DNA of 64,000 nt from an uncultured Actinomycetes bacterium. GTDB taxonomy: Bacteria; Actinomycetota; Thermoleophilia; RBG-16-64-13. Location of the stretch: the NCBI GenBank assembly GCA_937148845.1, contig CAKZRW010000027.1:3555-67554 (forward strand). The letters run 5' to 3'. Every line of letters begins with the position of its first letter. The stretch's first letter is position 1. Both the position numbers and the translations under genes were made by a program. Positions 58,542 to 64,000 of this stretch are shown piece after piece. The notes beneath the pieces were generated by a model, which was not told where the DNA came from, made no database searches, and saw nothing but the letters and a program-made list of their open reading frames with translations.

Positions 58542-58955
58542 TCAGCGTCGGTACTCGGCCTTCACCGCCACGACGGGGCACTCGGCACTCAGCAGGATAT
58601 CCTGGGCATCGCTTCCGACCAGGAGTTTGCCGGTCCGAGATCGCCGCCGCAGGCCGATGACGATCATGTCGGCGTCTTCCTCTTTCACCACTTCGTTCAG
58701 GTCCTCAGCCGGGGTCAGGCCTCTGATGAGGCGCCTGGTCTTGTGCGGAATACCTTCGTTGGTAAGGCGCTGCTCGATTCCATCGAGCTCCTGGCGGTAA
58801 GTGAGGATCTCTTCCTCTTCCTCCTCCCAACTGCCGCCGCCCCTGATCGAGTGGACTATGATCACCTCCGCCCCCGAGCGTCGGGATTCCGCTACGGCCC
58901 ACTCCAGGGCCGCCTTGCCCTCGGGAGTGATCACGTATCCCACGACGAGTTTCAT
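58542..58955 (-). CDS. Universal stress protein
   Basis: LVVGY, ADMIVIGLRRRS, LLVGS, CPVVAVK. Confidence 0.9.
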   Translation of the reverse strand: MKLVVGYVITPEGKAALEWAVAESRRSGAEVIIVHSIRGGGSWEEEEEEILTYRQELDGIEQRLTNEGIPHKTRRLIRGLTPAEDLNEVVKEEDADMIVIGLRRRSRTGKLLVGSDAQDILLSAECPVVAVKAEYRR

Positions 58956-59009
58956 GACGCCCGCCTTTCAAGAAAGGTCTGGGTTTTCACCGTCTGTTCG
59001 TCGGCCGGT

Positions 59010-59603
59010 TCACGCCGGCATCTCGAAATCGGCCCAGGTCCCGCAGCGATGGCGGTATTCGAAGTGCTTGTCATAGTCGGCCCAGTTCCAGGAAGAAGCA
59101 TGGGCGGCTCGCACGTTCCTCAAGAAAGGAAGGGTCACGTTCTCCAGACGCACAGGCCGACCGTCCGGGCCTTGGGTCAGGCGCATGGTCATCTCGCCGG
59201 CGGGCATGCTCACCTGGATCGTGTTTTCTGTCTCCTCGACCGTGATCGGTACATAGTGGACGCCTAACACCTTACGCATCAGTACACCACCCAGAGAGCG
59301 TAAGACCACTTGGTCGAGAAGGGCACGCTGTTCTGGGGAGGCAGTATCGGAGACATAGACCGCGCCTTCGGATCCCTTTGCGACTACCTCGGCATAGGTG
59401 GAGTGAGGGAGATCGCCCACGTACACAGCCGTCACTCCCGAAAGGTCGACCTCGTCGACTACACCCTCTACGATCCGAAAGACCATGAAATACCGGCAGC
59501 CGCCCTCCTTGTCACGGCCGAAGTAGTAGGGGCAATGACCTTCGGACGCGCATGTCTCGTAGTACATGCCTCTAAGCTGTCCCGGTGCCGGGGAGGTCTC
59601 CAT
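59010..59603 (-). CDS. DUF1326-like protein
   Basis: GMYYETC...CP, GC, IVEG..DEVDLSG, YVSDTASPEQRALL. Confidence 0.65.
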   Translation of the reverse strand: METSPAPGQLRGMYYETCASEGHCPYYFGRDKEGGCRYFMVFRIVEGVVDEVDLSGVTAVYVGDLPHSTYAEVVAKGSEGAVYVSDTASPEQRALLDQVVLRSLGGVLMRKVLGVHYVPITVEETENTIQVSMPAGEMTMRLTQGPDGRPVRLENVTLPFLRNVRAAHASSWNWADYDKHFEYRHRCGTWADFEMPA

Positions 59604-59637
59604 AGCCACACCCCCTTTGTTCGCTCGCCCCAACGGC

Positions 59638-60447
59638 TCACCAATCCGAGAAGTTGGTGTTGTACCAGATCTTATCGGTGCCTTTCTTGGCCCGCTTCTG
59701 CCAATCCTTGGCCTTGGGTTCGGCTTCTATGCGAGCGAGCAGCTCGTCACAGCGCTGCTTCACGAAGGCCTTCTGGGCCTCGTCCAGGGCGGGCACCTGG
59801 TCGACATGGGTCTTCGCGCGTTCCAAGTTGGTGGTAGCTGTATACCAAAAGCCCCAGTCGTAGCTCAGGCGCTTGGCGACATAGCTGCGGTTGATCTTCT
59901 TGTGCTCATCGTCTCCGATCTCGGCGACTGTCAAGAGGAACTCGAGGTCTTTGAGATCCTTGTCGTTGATCTCCCATATCTGCAGTTTCTGGAGCATTAT
60001 GTCGGTGAGCGAGATGCAGTAGTCGTCGAACTCCAGGCGGTCTTTGAAGCTCACTTCGTGACAGTAGTCGAGCTTGTCCAAGAAGATGTCGATCATGGGG
60101 ACAGCCCCGCCGTAGTAGATCTGGCGGGTCTTGCCCGTCATCATCAGGGTGTCGAGGTCACACTCGTAGCCCAACTTCTCCATGAGGCCTTTGAGCTTGC
60201 CCCCACTCTTACCGTAAGCGGCAAAGTCAATGTCGGTGAAGTAGCGTTCGCCGAGGCGCTCCAGTCGCGCGTAGAACTCCACGTGTTCCGGGAAGTGGTA
60301 GTGCAAGGCGAGCGGGCCCATCACCCGCATGACGATGCCGGCTGCGCGGGCGGCGTCTACGATGCGCCTTCCCTCGCTCAAGAAGACCTCCGGCTTGGGA
60401 TACTGGTCGAGCGGGATGTCCTTGGGCAGTATGAAGGGCTTAGCCAC
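59638..60447 (-). CDS. Uncharacterised nucleotidyltransferase-fold protein
   Basis: RVMGPLA, TDIDF (DxD), IDIF, KLQI..NDKDLKD. Confidence 0.65.
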   Translation of the reverse strand: MAKPFILPKDIPLDQYPKPEVFLSEGRRIVDAARAAGIVMRVMGPLALHYHFPEHVEFYARLERLGERYFTDIDFAAYGKSGGKLKGLMEKLGYECDLDTLMMTGKTRQIYYGGAVPMIDIFLDKLDYCHEVSFKDRLEFDDYCISLTDIMLQKLQIWEINDKDLKDLEFLLTVAEIGDDEHKKINRSYVAKRLSYDWGFWYTATTNLERAKTHVDQVPALDEAQKAFVKQRCDELLARIEAEPKAKDWQKRAKKGTDKIWYNTNFSDW

Positions 60448-60458
60448 GGGACCTCCTC

Positions 60459-61403
60459 TCAGCCCGAGGTGAAGACATAGTCCTTGACCTTCTTCTTGTC
60501 GAGCATGACCACCACACCCTTGAGGATGCCTTCAGAATACTCGCTCCCAGGGTTGATGATCAGAGTACGGCCTACCTTCTGGGCCCCGCGCGACTCGTGG
60601 ATGTGGCCATGCAGCCCCAGAAGGGGCTGGTATTTCTCGATCACTTGCTTGGCACCCAGGCTACCCGCGTGAATCTTCTCCTCGGCTGCCATGCGCATCT
60701 GGGCGTCGAGCTTGGGACAGAGGTCTAGGGCATACCCGTAAGGGGGCACGTGGAAATTGAAGATGGCGTTTTCGAAGTCCTTTGGCGAGTCTCCGATCCG
60801 TCGGCACAAGCTGTCCAGATAAGCGGTCAACTCGTCCTCGGGGCCCTCGCGGGGGGTATCCCAAGGAGTAGGGTTCGAGCGAGAGGATGAAACCATGACG
60901 TAGCCGTCGAACTCGACGACCTGGTCGTCGCAGGGAAGGAGCGTCTGCGATCGGGCGATCATGTCGTCGATCTCCCACCAGTCATCATTGCCTGGGCAGA
61001 CAAAAACTTTGGTGGGTCTGCCGGCCAAACGCTCGTCAGCTAACTGCAGCCACTCCTCGATCCTCTGCAGGGCACGTTGCTTGAACAAGGCGTCGATAGC
61101 AGCGGGGTCGTCCTTGATAGCCTCGTACTCTTCGCGGGTCTGCTCTACCCAGTAGTACCCGGCGTTCTCGATGGTCTTCTTGACGGCGGCCAGTTCCTCG
61201 GGGGTCTTCATCTCGGTGTACTGGCCCATCAGGTGACATTCGCGGCCACCGCCCGGTTTCTCGACTAGGGGGACCAGTACTTTGCCGAGCAGATCACCGT
61301 TCAGGATAGCGACGTCGACACCATAGATGGGGAGGGCGTTCAGGAACTTGCGATAGCAGACGTTGGAGCCGTGGATGTCGGTGACGTAGAACAGTTTGAG
61401 CAA
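60459..61403 (-). CDS. Calcineurin-like metallophosphoesterase (Icc-related)
   Basis: TDIHG, NGDLLG, PGNDD, FHVPP, HGHIHE, INPGS. Confidence 0.88.
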   Translation of the reverse strand: MLKLFYVTDIHGSNVCYRKFLNALPIYGVDVAILNGDLLGKVLVPLVEKPGGGRECHLMGQYTEMKTPEELAAVKKTIENAGYYWVEQTREEYEAIKDDPAAIDALFKQRALQRIEEWLQLADERLAGRPTKVFVCPGNDDWWEIDDMIARSQTLLPCDDQVVEFDGYVMVSSSRSNPTPWDTPREGPEDELTAYLDSLCRRIGDSPKDFENAIFNFHVPPYGYALDLCPKLDAQMRMAAEEKIHAGSLGAKQVIEKYQPLLGLHGHIHESRGAQKVGRTLIINPGSEYSEGILKGVVVMLDKKKVKDYVFTSG

Positions 61404-61465
61404 CTATCACTCCTCTCCAGAGCGCACGCCTATGCTGGAGGCGGCCTAGACTACCTTGTTGGTCT

Positions 61466-61508
61466 GGGCGGGGCCGCGAGACCCGAAGCAGGTCTCGCGG
61501 CCCCGCCC
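61466..61508. terminator. 18-bp perfect hairpin between the permease and phosphoesterase genes
   Basis: GGGCGGGGCCGCGAGACC-N7-GGTCTCGCGGCCCCGCCC; no U-tract on the coding strand. Confidence 0.55.
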
Positions 61509-61597
61509 CCCACGGCCCCAGTCCCCTGAGTGGACTACGACCAGCCAAGTCCGTCACTCAGCCGGCCGGACTACCCGGAACCGGCCGGACTACCTGA

Positions 61598-63244
61598 TCA
61601 TTCAGGCGGCAGTTCACCGGTAAGCATAGCAGTACTGATGCCCGCTGTGCGTCTTGCCCGCCAGGACCAGAACGCGTACCACAGAAGACCTGCAGCCCAG
61701 GTACCGAGTATCAGCATGCCGGTAGCAAGAGTGAACTCCTCCAACTTGGTCTCCTGGAAGAAGAAGAACACCGCCAGGATGGCGAGGTAGGCCAGGTTGA
61801 CGATGGCGCCTAGAGTGACGACAGGGATGCCCAACAGTTTCCACTTCCGATAGGGGGAGGCTTCCCAGATGCCCCGCGCGCGCGGAGAGAAGGGGAAGAT
61901 GGCAGCGGCGATGGCTGTCACCCCGAACACGGAGAAGATCTCAAGCGCCGTCACAGAAAGACCCTGTTCCTGGAAGGGCAGGTAGAAACAGTAGACGGCG
62001 ATGAGTATCTCGGCCAACACGAAACAGAGGAGGTAGTTCTTCACGGGCGAGGCGAAGCGCGGGTTTACATCGGTGAACCACTTGGGCCCCATGCGGTCCA
62101 TGCCCCAAGCAAAGATGATGCGAGGGAAGGCCAGGTAGGACAGCGCCACCCACCACAGCGTGAACAGCAAGAAAGAGAACGCCATCAAGAAGAGGATCAC
62201 CGGATTCTGGTTGACCACGGCAGCCAAACCCACGAAATGGGGACTCCAGGGCAGGGTGTAGCCGGCGATGGCGTCGGTCCCGTTGTTATCCAACCAGGCA
62301 GTGGCGGACAAGAAGTCGAAGTCGACCAACGTGTACAGACCGACAGCTGTCAGAATCATGAATACCCCTGGCAAGAGGATGGCGAAGAGATTGGCCAGGA
62401 TTATGCTCTTGTCGGGCCGCTTGACCTCGCCGGCTATGAACGTGATGCAGTAGGAGTAGGCGAAGAGCCACGAACCGGCCACCATCACGCCGAAGGTGTC
62501 ATACCAGTTCCAGGTAGTGGGCATGTCCTTGCCGGCAGCCTCGCTTACAGCGGCGATGAAGTCGTGGTACTCGAGAGAACCGTGCTGAGCCGCCAGGGCG
62601 TTCCAGGAGGCGATGAAATCGTCTTTGCCGTAGGCGAGCAGCACGACTACGATGATGGCTGCCCCCAGAAGACCTAGTCCCATGACCACCTTCTGCACCC
62701 GCGCGAAGATCTTCACCCCGAAGACCACGAAGAAGAAGGCGATTATGCTGGTGATAGTGGCGATGACGAAAGTACCCCAGTTGTAGGGCAGAACGCTGAA
62801 GAACTGGTTGGTGTCCGCATTGTACAGCCACTTCCAACCAAGAAAATCGGCGAGCATCACGCACCCGGGATCCGCCATCCACGGGGCCAACACGTAGATC
62901 CACATCAACCAGATGAACGCGTTACCGAAGGATTCCCCGATCCCTATCAGTGGGTGGATGATGCGCGAGTTATAGATGTACTCACCTCCAGAGCGGGGCA
63001 TCGACCCGCCTAGGATCCCCCAGACCAGAGGGAAGCCGATGCCGGCCAGCACCACGGAGATGACCGTTGCGATGATGAGGTTGCCGCCCAGGTAGACTCC
63101 CAGGCCGAGGCTTATCATCACCCAGATGCTCGGCGTCAGCCCTTGGTTCATGAAGCCCACACCGAAGGCATCCCACAAGCTGAGGCCACGCACGAGGCCG
63201 CTGGCCTTGCGCGCGAAGGTTATCTCCCCTTGTGCTGCCATCAC
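61598..63244 (-). CDS. APC-family amino acid/polyamine permease
   Basis: FARKASGLVR, MPRSGGEYIYNSR, AGEVK, RIIFAWGMDR; about 12 TM segments. Confidence 0.9.
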   Translation of the reverse strand: MMAAQGEITFARKASGLVRGLSLWDAFGVGFMNQGLTPSIWVMISLGLGVYLGGNLIIATVISVVLAGIGFPLVWGILGGSMPRSGGEYIYNSRIIHPLIGIGESFGNAFIWLMWIYVLAPWMADPGCVMLADFLGWKWLYNADTNQFFSVLPYNWGTFVIATITSIIAFFFVVFGVKIFARVQKVVMGLGLLGAAIIVVVLLAYGKDDFIASWNALAAQHGSLEYHDFIAAVSEAAGKDMPTTWNWYDTFGVMVAGSWLFAYSYCITFIAGEVKRPDKSIILANLFAILLPGVFMILTAVGLYTLVDFDFLSATAWLDNNGTDAIAGYTLPWSPHFVGLAAVVNQNPVILFLMAFSFLLFTLWWVALSYLAFPRIIFAWGMDRMGPKWFTDVNPRFASPVKNYLLCFVLAEILIAVYCFYLPFQEQGLSVTALEIFSVFGVTAIAAAIFPFSPRARGIWEASPYRKWKLLGIPVVTLGAIVNLAYLAILAVFFFFQETKLEEFTLATGMLILGTWAAGLLWYAFWSWRARRTAGISTAMLTGELPPE

Positions 63245-64000
63245 GCCTCCCTTCCTGATCCCTTTCGCTTCATTCCCTTTCGGCCCAAGAGAGGGCCTGA
63301 CCGGTCGCAGTCAACCCCTCGGCCAATGTGAGCAGACGCGGTCCCATTTGTCAACGCGCTTGTTTCCAGCGAGAGGGCTGCGAGGGCGGGACCAGTTGTG
63401 AGCCGCCCTCCTCGGTCGAGATGATGGATCGTTCCTCTCCATACCACCTTGCGCCCGCACAGACCGGCACACCAGACCAGACCGCTCAGGCAGTCGCGCA
63501 GAGGCAGCCAGGCCAGCCAGCGCCGGAGGGGACGGTTGTCGGTGAACCCGGTCACCAGCCAGGCGGTGGCCCACCGTACCGCCAATGCTCCCGCGATCGC
63601 GCTCCAGCCCCAGGCTCCCCTGGGGTCCAAAGGCAGGAGCACCAAGGCTAGGGGCAGCGGCAGCGTCAGTAAAATCCCGGGATACTCCCGCGGTCGATTC
63701 ACCCGGTTGGTGCGGGCCCAACGGACCTCGCGGTCCCACTGTTCGCGCCAGGTCGTGGTACCCAGGTAGCAGTCGGCGATGTACCGGGAAAGGACCACCT
63801 CAAGTCCAGCGGCCCTTATGCGACGAGCGAGGTGGGTGTCTTCGGCTAGGCGGTCGCCCACGGGTCCCCAGCCCCCTATGCGCTCCAGGTCGGCCTTGCG
63901 TAAAGCGATAGTGGCGCCGAGAGCGAAATGCATAGCAAGAAACCTTCGAGCTACCACGACCTGGGGCAGGAAAGTCACCCCCATGTACAAGGCCTCCAGT
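63241..64000 (-). CDS. HpnI/ceramide-glucosyltransferase-like GT2 protein, 5' partial
   Basis: FALGATIALR, LERIGG, LAED, REVRWART, LRDCL, VVWRG. Confidence 0.8.
   Translation of the reverse strand, partial: LEALYMGVTFLPQVVVARRFLAMHFALGATIALRKADLERIGGWGPVGDRLAEDTHLARRIRAAGLEVVLSRYIADCYLGTTTWREQWDREVRWARTNRVNRPREYPGILLTLPLPLALVLLPLDPRGAWGWSAIAGALAVRWATAWLVTGFTDNRPLRRWLAWLPLRDCLSGLVWCAGLCGRKVVWRGTIHHLDRGGRLTTGPALAALSLETSALTNGTASAHIGRGVDCDRSGPLLGRKGMKRKGSGREA

Noticed and set aside
59638..60447. The NTase-like gene as the AbiEii toxin partner of the AbiEi remnant
   Set aside because: It lies 29 kb away within a transporter operon and has no adjacent antitoxin

Overview
A GC-rich, gene-dense bacterial window, most likely from an anaerobe. 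The Thr-rich lipoprotein linkers and the UPF0182 gene suggest a Thermoleophilia-like actinobacterium, but this is inference only. Positions 1-28.4 kb and 37.6-51.3 kb look like a catabolic island for an unknown organic substrate. It encodes an aldehyde:ferredoxin oxidoreductase, an ETF + FAD-oxidoreductase/Fe-S/FAD-oxidoreductase module, three SDRs, MmgE/PrpD, a FadF-like membrane Fe-S protein, TRAP and peptide-type ABC transporters, an enolase-superfamily enzyme, two SnoaL proteins, two DUF169 proteins, a URO-D-family protein, an old-yellow-enzyme-type reductase and MarR/TetR regulators. The main unexplained signals are: (i) four genes carrying six copies of one atypical cupin-like domain; (ii) a TTA(A/G)-N6-(T/C)TAA palindrome seen seven times, only in promoter regions of the first 24 kb, three times exactly 8 nt upstream of a TTGAC -35 box; (iii) a likely operon of APC permease, calcineurin-like phosphoesterase, nucleotidyltransferase-like protein, DUF1326 protein and USP; (iv) an aldo-keto-reductase/Fe-S protein that appears to have lost its catalytic residues; (v) a probable CTG start codon on the MarR gene. 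Also present are glnS followed by tRNA-Gln(CTG), a hybrid sensor kinase, a GH3 glycosidase, a secreted metallopeptidase, an AbiEi remnant and a partial HpnI-like glycosyltransferase. I found no CRISPR array, rRNA or intact mobile element. All family calls come from reading motifs by eye, not from database searches.
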